A stretch of DNA of 64,000 nt from a virus, in the IMG/VR virus record IMGVR_UViG_3300015202_000006, positions 47 through 64,046 of that record; one strand, given 5' to 3'. Of the stretch, positions 53,716 to 63,310 are shown piece after piece (the stretch's first letter is position 1; each line of letters begins with the position of its first letter). Made by a program: the position numbers and the translations under genes. The notes beneath the pieces were generated by a model that saw only the letters and a program-made list of their open reading frames with translations, searched no databases and had not been told where the DNA came from.

Positions 53716-55797
53716 ATGAGGATTCTGTCAGTTGTAGCGCGGAATTTCCGGTCCTACGAAACAATCGACTGGAGCATTCCCAGTACCGGCCTGTTTTTAA
53801 TCGATGGCGAAAACCTGGAAACAGGTCGCTCGAATATGGTGGGCAAGACCACCCTTTGCGATTCGATTTTCTGGTGCCTTTACGGATACCTTCCGAAATG
53901 GGGAGGTCCTAAGGGCGGACCGGTAGACGCTGTTATCAAACGCGGCCAAAAGAGTTGCAGAGTTGAGGTCATCGTCGAGCATGCTGGACGTTCGTACCGG
54001 ATCGAGAGGTCAAGACCGGGAGGGCTAAAAATCTGGACTCCGGGAATTCACTCTCAAGAATCGCTCGATTCGTTTCAGGCCTTTGAGCATGGGGTTTGTG
54101 CCACGAATCAATTGCACGGCAAGACTTCCGATCTAGATGACCGCATTCCTGAATTAATCGGGATGGATGACAAGCAGTTTCTGCTGGCCGTCTATATCTC
54201 CCAAGATCGAAACAAATCTTTCTTCTCAATGGGAGACGCCGAACGCGCCGCCCACCTCTCAATCATCGCGGGTCTTGAATCTCTCAATCTGGCGCTCGAG
54301 CGGGTTAAAGAGGAGAAGAAGGCGATCGAATCTGAACTGGAAAGAGCCAATGGGTCACTCAAAGTTCTTCATGAACAATCAGTTAGTCTTCATACCGAGC
54401 GGGACGAGCTTGTATCTCGAACAGCAATCCTTTTTGAGGCAGTTGCTAAAGAGTCCGGCGATTTTATCGATCTTAAAGGAAGACTCGATCAAGACGAACG
54501 AGACGACCGGACCGAGCACGACAGCGTCGTCAGGGGTGCTCAAGAAAACCTCTCGGAAAGCCTCAAGATCTTAAACAACGAGTACACGGATCTTATGGGT
54601 CAAAAGATGACTCTCCAGGCCGGCCTCTCGCAACGGCCCAAGATCGATGCGGCAACCTCCCAGCTGCTTTCTGAACTCACTGCCGAAGTAGACGCGGTTC
54701 AGTCTTCAAATTTCGTCAGGGAAAAGGTTGTTCGTGAAAACGCTCGCATCCAGGACTCTCTGGACCGCGAGATCCGAGCCGTTGAAAACCTGCAAAAGGG
54801 CGCAAGCTGCGGCACCTGCAAGCAGCCCTTACCTTCAGAGGGTATCGATAGCGAGATTGAGTCTCATCTGAGACGTGCCGACTCATTGTCAGCGCAACTC
54901 AAGGAAGTGTTGGAGGAGCGAGACCTGGCCGCCATCATGAAGCGCCAGCGTGAGGCGTCCGAAGTCTATCACAGGACGGAGGCAGAGCTTAATGCCAGAC
55001 CCAATGAGATCCGTGGCGAAATTCGTCTGATCGAACAAACGGCACTCATCGTAAAGCAGAAGGCTTCGACACTCGACAGCCAGTCTAAAGCCGAGATTGA
55101 GAAAGCAGGCCGTGTTCTTAGGGACTCCAAACGAAGGAACGACGATGCCCTTCGTGTCCTCGAGAATCAGATTAGGCTCAAGCAGACGCAGCTTGAAGCA
55201 GCAGAAAACAGCCTTAGTTCCTTCGATAAGCGGGCCGCAAAGATTCATGCCGATGCGGGGGCAAATAAGATCAGGGTTAGAGATTTGCTAGTGGAAATCG
55301 ATGAACTCATGGACCTCATTGATCTATTCGGACCGAAAGGCATCCGTCAGATCTATTTCGATGGTTTGATTGAACGCATCGGTTCGCGTGCGGGACAGCT
55401 CTTCAGTCTCATGACGGATGGGATTTATTCGACTCGGATCGACCAGCTTGGAGAAACCGCTAAGGGCGAACAGCGGCTCATCCTGAAGCCGGTCATCACT
55501 AAGGGCGGGCTTGAGGTTCCTGAAGACGATCTGTCGGGAGGGGCCCGCCGAATGGCCATGCTTGCCTACGATGTGGCGGTTTCTGAAGCGATTGGCGAGT
55601 GCAACGTATTCTTCCTCGATGAGGCTCTCGACGGGCTGGATGCCCAGGGTAAGGCCGAGGCGGTCAGGCTTTTAGAAGAAGTGGCCAGGACCCGCGCAGT
55701 TTTCATGATTGACCACACCTCGGAAATTAAATCGTCCGTCCAGGCGATCATCAAGGTCACCTATAAAAACGAAACCTCCCAGATTGAGCGCGGGTAG
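53716..55797 (+). CDS. SbcC/Rad50/gp46-like ATPase subunit
   Basis: RNFRSY, NMVGKTT (Walker A), CGTCKQP zinc hook, LSGG signature, FFLDE, IDH. Confidence 0.93.
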   Translation: MRILSVVARNFRSYETIDWSIPSTGLFLIDGENLETGRSNMVGKTTLCDSIFWCLYGYLPKWGGPKGGPVDAVIKRGQKSCRVEVIVEHAGRSYRIERSRPGGLKIWTPGIHSQESLDSFQAFEHGVCATNQLHGKTSDLDDRIPELIGMDDKQFLLAVYISQDRNKSFFSMGDAERAAHLSIIAGLESLNLALERVKEEKKAIESELERANGSLKVLHEQSVSLHTERDELVSRTAILFEAVAKESGDFIDLKGRLDQDERDDRTEHDSVVRGAQENLSESLKILNNEYTDLMGQKMTLQAGLSQRPKIDAATSQLLSELTAEVDAVQSSNFVREKVVRENARIQDSLDREIRAVENLQKGASCGTCKQPLPSEGIDSEIESHLRRADSLSAQLKEVLEERDLAAIMKRQREASEVYHRTEAELNARPNEIRGEIRLIEQTALIVKQKASTLDSQSKAEIEKAGRVLRDSKRRNDDALRVLENQIRLKQTQLEAAENSLSSFDKRAAKIHADAGANKIRVRDLLVEIDELMDLIDLFGPKGIRQIYFDGLIERIGSRAGQLFSLMTDGIYSTRIDQLGETAKGEQRLILKPVITKGGLEVPEDDLSGGARRMAMLAYDVAVSEAIGECNVFFLDEALDGLDAQGKAEAVRLLEEVARTRAVFMIDHTSEIKSSVQAIIKVTYKNETSQIERG

Positions 55798-55804
55798 GGC
55801 GCTT

Positions 55805-55814
55805 TCCGTATAAA
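55805..55814 (+). promoter_or_regulatory. Phage promoter motif TCCGTATAAA
   Basis: Exact copy; 6 nt to GTG at 55821. Confidence 0.8.
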
Positions 55815-55820
55815 CCCTAG

Positions 55821-55994
55821 GTGAAGCTCAAACTCGTTTTCTTTACCTTTTTTGCGGTGTATTTCGGTTTGTATCTCATACCGACGCTCATTGCGGCCGT
55901 GGCAATTTCAGCCAGGCTGACCGCTCTGTCTACGGGTTCAATCGGACAATATGAGAATGATTCCTCAGTCCGATCCGGGCCTTCTGCTCATTGA
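55821..55994 (+). CDS. Small membrane protein (57 aa)
   Basis: Hand translation MKLKLVFFTFFAVYFGLYLIPTLIAAVAISARL...; below the ORF track cutoff. Confidence 0.5.
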   Translation: MKLKLVFFTFFAVYFGLYLIPTLIAAVAISARLTALSTGSIGQYENDSSVRSGPSAH

Positions 55995-57813
55995 TCAACT
56001 CGTGATGTTGGCCTCTAGTCTTAAAGAAGAAGATCTTGAGGATCCGGAGACGTTTGCTCTATGCTCTCAGCTTGTCCAAATTCTAGACCCAAAGCCCGAG
56101 CCAATGCCTCAGGATGTAGTCGATCAGTTAAGCCAAATTCAAAACACCGCCGATCGTTTCCGTCAGGCCGTCCAACTCTTTGGAGTGATGGACACTCCAG
56201 GCATGCAAAAACTCCTGGAGTCTATGAAGTCTGCAGGTCTTATGAAAGCCGAAACACTTTTAAAGATGCCATTTGTTAGCCAACATAATTCTGATGTCGC
56301 TCAACGGATTGGCCCGCTGGTTCCTAAAGGAAAGCTTATTGGGACCTACAAAGTAGGTAGCCACACAGTATTTCATCACCAAGAAGAAAGCGGCGAATCT
56401 AATCATTTTACTATTCACCCTAAAAACGACTCCGGTGCAAGACCGATAGCAGGGCTTTTTACAAACTCCTTTTACGACCATGGGGCAGACGAAGGCCTCC
56501 ATGGCCTTCAATACTCCGAACATATTGCAGTCGAACCTAGGCATCACGGAAAAGGGATGGGGGCCGCACTCGTAATTGCGGCCACAAAACACTTCGGAAC
56601 ACTGCTAAGTGGAAACACACTCTCTCCAGGCAGTGACGGCCTTTTTAGAGAAATTGGTAAAAAGCATAAGCAAATTCGCGTCGAAGTTGGAACTGGAGAC
56701 GATGCTCCTCATGTAGCCACTTGGACAAAACAAAAAAAGAACTCAAAATCTCAAGACGTTAATAAGTCCGAAGTCCTCATGAAGATGCCAATGATCCGGA
56801 ACAACAAGTTCCCGGATCATCAGGAGCGGTTGAAGGGCGCCAGCAACGGCATGCAGTACGAAGGATCCGAGACGTTCGGTCGTCACACCATCCATAAGTA
56901 TTCAAACCCGATCCTCGGACAACACGCTTACACGATTAATGAGGGCGGGCACGAATCAGGCGAGCACGTCTCTGCAGTGATTGTTCATCACAACAAAGAA
57001 TCCTTTGCTGGCGCACATCATTCCATCGAGTTTGCGGCCACTAAGACCAGTCATTCCGGAAGAGGCCATTCCACCGCCCTCCATGCCTTTGCAACAACAA
57101 AGCATCAGAAGGTATCCTCTGCCGAGATCCTGACCGATTCGGGTGACAAGGTTTACAAGAAACTTTCTCAGCTCCCTCATTTTGAGGTGAAGCGCCACGT
57201 TCACGGGGCCAATCGGCCCGCATCGAGCCCTTCTTCCGTTAAGGGAACTAGACATGTGGTCATCAGCAATAAGGTCGCTGAGCATTTTGATAAAGTTAAA
57301 CAAAACTGGGCCGGAAAATTCTTTAAAAAGTCTGAGACCGATGCCGACCATCTTGTCCATTATTCCGTTCATGCAAATGAGCTGAACACGATCGATCCTA
57401 GCTTTCATGGTACAGGCGCTGTCGGCCACGAAAGCCGTAGGACAAACCGGATACCCCGCTCCTATTTTTATGAGCACGGAACTCAGCCCGAAGATGCGGT
57501 TACAGCCCAGTCAAAGCGAGTTTACAAGGTTAAGCGTCCGGAGAAGGTATTAGATATCGCGAGCGAAGAAGCTCGTCCGGTCTATCATGCGGCCTTCGGT
57601 GAGGCTGACCGCACTAAAATTGATCGTCGTTCCATGGACGCCAGTCGTCTTGAATTCGAAATCAAGAAGCAGGGCTTTCACGGCTACAAGAACTCCGAAG
57701 GGCCTCTTCCTAATGTGGTCGCTCTATTTCATTCGACCCCAGTCGAATCGAGCGAGCCGGTAGATCATGAGCATTTCGCAAAAATTCGGGATCTTGCCAG
57801 GAAGGCAAAGTAG
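55951..57813 (+). CDS. Multidomain (polyvalent-like) protein: two GNAT-like modules plus an ART-like module
   Basis: IAVEPRHHGKGMGAAL and AATKTSHSGRGHSTAL (acetyl-CoA motif A-like); LVHYS...GTG...SYFY...VYKV...GFHGY; modules preceded by KAE/KSE. Confidence 0.6.
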   Translation: MRMIPQSDPGLLLIDQLVMLASSLKEEDLEDPETFALCSQLVQILDPKPEPMPQDVVDQLSQIQNTADRFRQAVQLFGVMDTPGMQKLLESMKSAGLMKAETLLKMPFVSQHNSDVAQRIGPLVPKGKLIGTYKVGSHTVFHHQEESGESNHFTIHPKNDSGARPIAGLFTNSFYDHGADEGLHGLQYSEHIAVEPRHHGKGMGAALVIAATKHFGTLLSGNTLSPGSDGLFREIGKKHKQIRVEVGTGDDAPHVATWTKQKKNSKSQDVNKSEVLMKMPMIRNNKFPDHQERLKGASNGMQYEGSETFGRHTIHKYSNPILGQHAYTINEGGHESGEHVSAVIVHHNKESFAGAHHSIEFAATKTSHSGRGHSTALHAFATTKHQKVSSAEILTDSGDKVYKKLSQLPHFEVKRHVHGANRPASSPSSVKGTRHVVISNKVAEHFDKVKQNWAGKFFKKSETDADHLVHYSVHANELNTIDPSFHGTGAVGHESRRTNRIPRSYFYEHGTQPEDAVTAQSKRVYKVKRPEKVLDIASEEARPVYHAAFGEADRTKIDRRSMDASRLEFEIKKQGFHGYKNSEGPLPNVVALFHSTPVESSEPVDHEHFAKIRDLARKAK

Positions 57814-57815
57814 TC

Positions 57816-59723
57816 ATGAAGGATCCAACTTTCTCTGCGATTTTAGCGAAAGCGCAAACCGTAATTGCAGGGCTTGAAACCCTTCATCTTAACTTTGAGG
57901 CGACTACACTCAAGAAGGCCGTCGACGATTTTGATTTCGATGCGGTTGATAAAGAGGTCAAAAGCGCTAGACGGAAGAACCTATCCTCTCATCCAGAAAA
58001 AGAGACTGATTCGGTCACTCCTGAAGCCAAAGACATACTGAACGACAAGGGCTTTCCGGAAGACAAGAAGAACACTCTCGACGAAAGTGCCAAGAAAGTC
58101 GTGGCGGACTTCAAGAACAGTGTTGGTGCCAAGAATCCATCCGCAGCATACGCCACTGGCAATGAAGAGAATCCTGCCAAGGCGGTCCCTCATGCGATCA
58201 GCTCCTACGGTAATCACTGGCAGTTTGCCAGGAAGCTGGGTCATGGAACGGGCGAGGACTTCAAGGACTCCGGTCTTGTCGCAGTCAATACTCACAAATA
58301 CGGCAGCGATACCGAACAGCTCGGTTCGCGCGTTCATCGCGAACTCCATAACGAATACGGACAAGAGAACTTAATCCGGGTCAATCACCCGGACTACATC
58401 AAGTCGGCCAAGATCATTCATGGCGGAACTGATGCCATTCACGCCCACTTGCTAGACGCTCGAGATAATCATCCTGATCTTAACTCGCGCGCGCAGGCAC
58501 ACGAGGATCTCGAGAAGCTGCAGCGTAGGGGACTCATTAAGCCCGGCTCGTTTCCGAGTACCCAAGAGAGTAAAGGCGATTCGCGTTTCGGAATGGATGC
58601 TGAGGCCAATAAGGCCAAGCGTCTTGACGGATACAGTCGTTTCGCAAGCCAATTAGGCCTCGAAATTAAGACCGATCAGGCGGGCCGAAAATCCATGGGA
58701 TCCATGGGTCCGAACGTCATCAATCCTACGACCGGCGGCAAGAAGGAAGAAGGCCCGATTGAACAGCAGGTTGTTCACGATATGGGCCATGGCATTTCTA
58801 ATACGAACGTCGGCAATACCCTTGCTGAGACCCAGGACATTATCGGTAAGCCCGGCACGCACTTCTTCATGGACGATCCGACCAAATCGAAGAAGCGCCG
58901 TCTCGAAGGCTCGATGGAACAGACCGAAAAGTTTACGAAACAGTTTAAGAACCTGCCACAGCCTGCTCCCGGGTACAGCCGTAACGAGGCCGGCAAAAAG
59001 GTCATCACTAAGAATCCGGCCAAGGGCCGCATCTCAAACGAGGTCACCTCGCAGTATTCCGAGGCTACGATCGCAAGACGTTCTGGTAACGAAGTGTTCC
59101 GGGTTAAGCCTCATCTTCCGGCCCGTACGGAAACGAAGGCAGGCACCCTGCGCCCTCCGTCCGCTCAAGAGCGGGCCCTTCATGTCGGTCGCAACATGGT
59201 TGAGCTTGCTCATTCAGGAATTGCCGACTTTAAATCTCCCGACAAGTCGCTCACCGTTCACAATAATCCAAACTCCCTAATCAACATGCGCGCTCTTGGC
59301 GCACCGAAGATGGCTCTTAAAGAGGCCTACAATCGTTACAAGAAGGGTCTTATTAAAGCCGAGATCATGATCCGGGTCCTTGAGAACGCCGGCTACCTCG
59401 ATGAGGTCGCCCCGCTTAGGAAGTCGATCGATCGTATGCGGGAGAATCTAGAGGTGCTCGAGAAGGGCTGGTCCAGTAGCAAGAAGTACGGGATCAAGAC
59501 AGATTGGAACACCCACACTCCGGAAGATCAAAAGAGCGCTCACCACAAGGCGATGGAGGCTGCTGTTCGTGCGGTCGAAGAGAAGATTAAGCCGGTGAAT
59601 CAGGGTCCGAAACCCAAGAAAAAGAAACAAACGATCTGTCCCAAGACAGGTGTCGTAACCGACGTTGAATCGCCAGCCGATAAGACGTCTGAAACGAAGG
59701 GAAACGAAGATGCGAACGATTGA
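57816..59723 (+). CDS. Large hypothetical protein, probable internal virion protein with a zincin-like HDMGH motif
   Basis: ORF track; LKKA, LIKAE, LRKS motifs; QVVHDMGH. Confidence 0.55.
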   Translation: MKDPTFSAILAKAQTVIAGLETLHLNFEATTLKKAVDDFDFDAVDKEVKSARRKNLSSHPEKETDSVTPEAKDILNDKGFPEDKKNTLDESAKKVVADFKNSVGAKNPSAAYATGNEENPAKAVPHAISSYGNHWQFARKLGHGTGEDFKDSGLVAVNTHKYGSDTEQLGSRVHRELHNEYGQENLIRVNHPDYIKSAKIIHGGTDAIHAHLLDARDNHPDLNSRAQAHEDLEKLQRRGLIKPGSFPSTQESKGDSRFGMDAEANKAKRLDGYSRFASQLGLEIKTDQAGRKSMGSMGPNVINPTTGGKKEEGPIEQQVVHDMGHGISNTNVGNTLAETQDIIGKPGTHFFMDDPTKSKKRRLEGSMEQTEKFTKQFKNLPQPAPGYSRNEAGKKVITKNPAKGRISNEVTSQYSEATIARRSGNEVFRVKPHLPARTETKAGTLRPPSAQERALHVGRNMVELAHSGIADFKSPDKSLTVHNNPNSLINMRALGAPKMALKEAYNRYKKGLIKAEIMIRVLENAGYLDEVAPLRKSIDRMRENLEVLEKGWSSSKKYGIKTDWNTHTPEDQKSAHHKAMEAAVRAVEEKIKPVNQGPKPKKKKQTICPKTGVVTDVESPADKTSETKGNEDAND

Positions 59724-60192
59724 TCCGAGCGCTAATGCCTCACAGCACTTTACTTTCAAAGAGTTGCTTTGGCTGCCCTCATGGGGCCGTCTTGCAAACG
59801 AGTCTGATGGTCTCACGGACGAGACTCTCGACCGTCTTGTATTCATGGCCCAGAAACTCGATGTCGTTCGCGAGTTTTTCGGTAAGCCAATCAACATCCA
59901 TGTCTGGTACCGCCCACACGCTTACAACGCGCTTATAGGTGGCAAAGACAATAGCGCCCACATGGCCACTCAAAACGCCCATGGTGTGCCTCTGACGGCC
60001 GTGCAGATGGAAGCGGCAGTGGATTTTGATGTAGAGGGAATGTCTTGTGACGACGCTCGCCAGATGATCCTAGACGCCGGAAAACTGCCCGAGTGGGGTC
60101 TTCGTATGGAGAACAACGGGCCTGGCTCCCCATGGATCCATTTGGACTGCCGCGCGCCCGTCATTCAAGATCATTGGTATTTTAACCCCTAA
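59710..60192 (+). CDS. Peptidase M15 family zinc peptidase (candidate endolysin)
   Basis: HFTFKEL, LDVVREFFGKPI...WYR...YNALIGG...SAHM...AVDF...WIHLD. Confidence 0.85.
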   Translation: MRTIDPSANASQHFTFKELLWLPSWGRLANESDGLTDETLDRLVFMAQKLDVVREFFGKPINIHVWYRPHAYNALIGGKDNSAHMATQNAHGVPLTAVQMEAAVDFDVEGMSCDDARQMILDAGKLPEWGLRMENNGPGSPWIHLDCRAPVIQDHWYFNP

Positions 60193-60263
60193 CGTCATCA
60201 CTGGTACGTCAGTACGTTTATAGACTCGCTGAACGCATACCAGTAGGATATACAACCGCTCGC

Positions 60264-60512
60264 ATGGCCCAACCTAAACCAAAGATAAGCTTAGTACTCG
60301 ACGGCAACCACTCCCACAATCCCGAGAGGGCATCGACCATCCAATATGGCGATGGTGGTCCTGATGGCGACCTGGTCGGCAAAGTTCAAATCCAGCTTGC
60401 TCAAAACGGGTACGTCCTCACTCTCTTTGGACCGACGAATACAGAGCCGCAAGTGTTCATCTTTCCAAATAAGTCTGACATGTTAGCTGTCTTGGCAAAG
60501 TGCTTAAAATAG
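60264..60512 (+). CDS. Hypothetical protein (82 aa)
   Basis: ORF track. Confidence 0.55.
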   Translation: MAQPKPKISLVLDGNHSHNPERASTIQYGDGGPDGDLVGKVQIQLAQNGYVLTLFGPTNTEPQVFIFPNKSDMLAVLAKCLK

Positions 60513-60514
60513 GT

Positions 60515-60524
60515 TCCGTATAAA
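60515..60524 (+). promoter_or_regulatory. Phage promoter motif TCCGTATAAA
   Basis: Exact copy; 6 nt to GTG at 60531. Confidence 0.85.
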
Positions 60525-60530
60525 CCCTAT

Positions 60531-60968
60531 GTGGCACCAACATATTTTCTCGACGAACACGGCAAATCGGTAGAGGTTCCGGATTCTCCAGGATCTCCCA
60601 TCCTGACAATTACGGATAAAATCATCTCCGACATGGACCATGGTCCAATGTCCGCCGCTGCCAAGACCGCGCTTGTCGCATCGGTTCTCGCAAAGACCTT
60701 CCCGAAACACTTCAATGGCAAGTGGTACAGTCTGGAAAGAATCCGGGAACGAGCCCAGTCTCACTACGTCCATGGCCCGGCCTCACGCCAAGATAGAGGT
60801 CTGCTCGAAAGGGCTTTTATCCATGCCCTGGCCGACGACCTTCATGCCAGCGGTGAAACGTTTGAGCCGTTCTCTCTTTCATTCCCAATGATCGACAATT
60901 ACGTCCGTCCAAGATGGCACGTCAGTGTTTCTGATGGGGCCGACTCTCAACCTGCGAAAACGCCCTGA
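60531..60968 (+). CDS. Hypothetical protein (145 aa)
   Basis: ORF track; start matches the motif spacing. Confidence 0.6.
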   Translation: MAPTYFLDEHGKSVEVPDSPGSPILTITDKIISDMDHGPMSAAAKTALVASVLAKTFPKHFNGKWYSLERIRERAQSHYVHGPASRQDRGLLERAFIHALADDLHASGETFEPFSLSFPMIDNYVRPRWHVSVSDGADSQPAKTP

Positions 60969-61038
60969 TAATTGATCTGTAGCCGAATACGCTTCCGTCT
61001 CAGCAAGGGTGCTGGGTTCGTCAAGGTTCTAGGGAAGT

Positions 61039-61953
61039 ATGATAGAGAAACGCCTTGCAGCGGTTCCTCCAATAGCGGTCACGGCCCCGTGTACCTTTGT
61101 TGGGGCGATCACGCTCACAACATCTTATCCGCTCAAGGTTAAACAGAAGATTATCCTCAATGATTCTTCTATGCCCCAGCTGGAACTAGAAGTGAAGCGG
61201 GTGCCGAGCCCTAACGTCATCGAAGTCGGACCGGCAGGGGATATCAGCTTACGCGCGAACCTCACCGGCTACGGCACAACCTCCTTCGTTTATGCGATAG
61301 AGCAGTCTAGACCAAACGTCCCTCTCGATGATCGGCAACGCGCGGTCTACGAAGAAGAACCGATATTAGCTCTCCGTAACCTTCTTGTCGATCCGTTCGG
61401 AAATCCGGTTAGCCTAAAAAACCCGCTGCCAGTTCAGCTTTCAGACGGCTCGATCAATATCGAGACGCTCAATGCCGAACTCAGAGTTCAGCTCTCGGCC
61501 AAAGACAACGATCCAAAAGCAGGGGATGTCCATTCTTCTGTTCGACTGGGCGATGGTGCGAACGAACTGGTAGTTAATCCTGACGGCTCAGTTAACGTCA
61601 ATGTTGTCCAGTCTTCTAGCATCCCGGTCTCAGGTCTCCTGTTCTTTCCGAACGAAGTGTCCGCAGTGCCTTCAAGCGTAGAAACAACGCTCATCAGTTT
61701 GATTGCGCCCCCACAAGGCTATCGTTTTACGAAAGTAGACGTATCTGGCGAGAACATTGCGCTTTTTAAGCTGAAATTGAACGGATCCGTTCTGATGTGG
61801 AAGAGAACCTGGTGGAACCAGTTCAATCAGTCGTTCTCATTTGAGAACTTTCAGAACGGTCTCAAGCTTCTGCCGGGCGATGTCCTAACAGTGACCGTTT
61901 ATCACCAGCGCCCTAACCCCGCCAATTTCGAGGTTACTTGCACGGCCGAGTGA
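61039..61953 (+). CDS. Probable virion structural protein
   Basis: Beta-rich, V/P/S-rich; first of a structural-like run. Confidence 0.55.
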   Translation: MIEKRLAAVPPIAVTAPCTFVGAITLTTSYPLKVKQKIILNDSSMPQLELEVKRVPSPNVIEVGPAGDISLRANLTGYGTTSFVYAIEQSRPNVPLDDRQRAVYEEEPILALRNLLVDPFGNPVSLKNPLPVQLSDGSINIETLNAELRVQLSAKDNDPKAGDVHSSVRLGDGANELVVNPDGSVNVNVVQSSSIPVSGLLFFPNEVSAVPSSVETTLISLIAPPQGYRFTKVDVSGENIALFKLKLNGSVLMWKRTWWNQFNQSFSFENFQNGLKLLPGDVLTVTVYHQRPNPANFEVTCTAE

Positions 61954-61998
61954 TCGTTCTGCGATTCTGCCCAGATAATCAAACAGTAAGGATTACCA

Positions 61999-62184
61999 AT
62001 GATGACACCATTTGAAATTAAAAAGTTGAAACTAGAAATCGCTCGGGTAACTACGGCGAAAATGGAACTTGAGCTGCGTATGGACGAGCGGCTCCAGGAA
62101 ATTGAAAACCTTAAGCAATACATCGCGGCTCAAGAGGCAAAAGAAAAAGAGCTTCAAGATAAATTGTCCGCAGATTCTCAATAA
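61999..62184 (+). CDS. Small coiled-coil protein
   Basis: ORF track; heptad pattern. Confidence 0.6.
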   Translation: MMTPFEIKKLKLEIARVTTAKMELELRMDERLQEIENLKQYIAAQEAKEKELQDKLSADSQ

Positions 62185-62207
62185 TTAGAAAAAGCCAGGA
62201 GGGCTAA

Positions 62208-63239
62208 ATGTCAGCAACCGATTTTAATTCATCTCAGCCAGTTCGTACCGAATCAAACGGAGATATAGCAGCGAAGATTGTCGACGGCACAGTACCGTCA
62301 CAAGCATTAGGCGTAGATAGCGCTGGTCGCGTTACCGTTAAGCTCGACGACGGAGCGGGTAACGTAATCTCGTCTCAAACTAACGGAACCCAGCGCGCTC
62401 TCGATGTCGGTATCGACGTTGCCGGCGTTCAGATCGATCCTCGTCAGGTCCGTACTCTTACGGCAGCCGATATCGTCACCGCCGCTCAGGGCGCGCCAAA
62501 CACCATTGCGAATGCTTGGACTGTTAAGCCAACTGATGGCACTAACTCGCAGGCATACACTGCTGCGAGCGAAGCAAAGGTGAGCGTAACTCAGCCTCTT
62601 CCGGCCGGAACTAATATCATTGGTTCAGTGAAGCTTGATGACGGCTCTGGTACTCCAATCACGTCTACTGCGATTAACGCAAAACAGACCTTGGACGCCA
62701 ACCTTCCTTCGAGTGGTGTCAACGGTTCCGCCGTCCCATACGGAATTAACCTTATCGCCGGTTCTGATGGAACGAACGCTCGTTCAATTTCTACTGATGC
62801 CAATGGTAAAGTTAAAGTTGACCTGAACGATGCTTCTGGTAATCCGTTCTCTGCTACGAACCCACTTCCTGTTTTGCTCTCGGCTACCGTTCCAGGTACT
62901 GCAGTGAACAACTACAGCGCTTCACTTACAAACGTCGCTGCCGGATCAAGCGATCTTCATACCTACACGATCACTGCCGGTAAGACGTTCTTAGGCAAAA
63001 AGTGGATTATGTCCGCTTCTGGCCGCGCACGTTTTGACATTCAAGTGTCAACGAACGGAACGACCTTCAATACGATCGCGACTGTTTGGACAACGGCTTC
63101 ATGCCCAACCCAACAAGTCGACATGGGCCAGCTTGCTATCGCCGATGCCGGTACCGGCGCCGCTGTTCAGGTTGTTCGCATCAACGAAGATAAACAGCCG
63201 TTTGGTCTCTACTCCTCGATCTGCGGCGTTGAACAATAA
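62208..63239 (+). CDS. Probable tail fibre/appendage-like structural protein with internal repeats
   Basis: Repeats such as VKLDDGAGN, VKLDDGSGT, VDLNDASGN; T/A/G/S-rich. Confidence 0.6.
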   Translation: MSATDFNSSQPVRTESNGDIAAKIVDGTVPSQALGVDSAGRVTVKLDDGAGNVISSQTNGTQRALDVGIDVAGVQIDPRQVRTLTAADIVTAAQGAPNTIANAWTVKPTDGTNSQAYTAASEAKVSVTQPLPAGTNIIGSVKLDDGSGTPITSTAINAKQTLDANLPSSGVNGSAVPYGINLIAGSDGTNARSISTDANGKVKVDLNDASGNPFSATNPLPVLLSATVPGTAVNNYSASLTNVAAGSSDLHTYTITAGKTFLGKKWIMSASGRARFDIQVSTNGTTFNTIATVWTTASCPTQQVDMGQLAIADAGTGAAVQVVRINEDKQPFGLYSSICGVEQ

Positions 63240-63274
63240 TCAATAGCCCGGATTCCTTAACCTGATTTGAGGAT

Positions 63275-63310
63275 GGCCCTGGGGTTAAAGCTCTGGGGCC
63301 ATTTGTTTTT
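63275..63310 (+). terminator. Possible intrinsic terminator
   Basis: GGCCCTGGGG/CTCTGGGGCC stem (3 G-U pairs) followed by ATTTGTTTTT. Confidence 0.5.

Noticed and set aside
6482-60524. Repeated TCCGTATAAA as CRISPR, REP or transposon ends
   Set aside because: Only 10 bp, non-palindromic, irregularly spaced and always oriented to gene starts; no cas or transposase genes.
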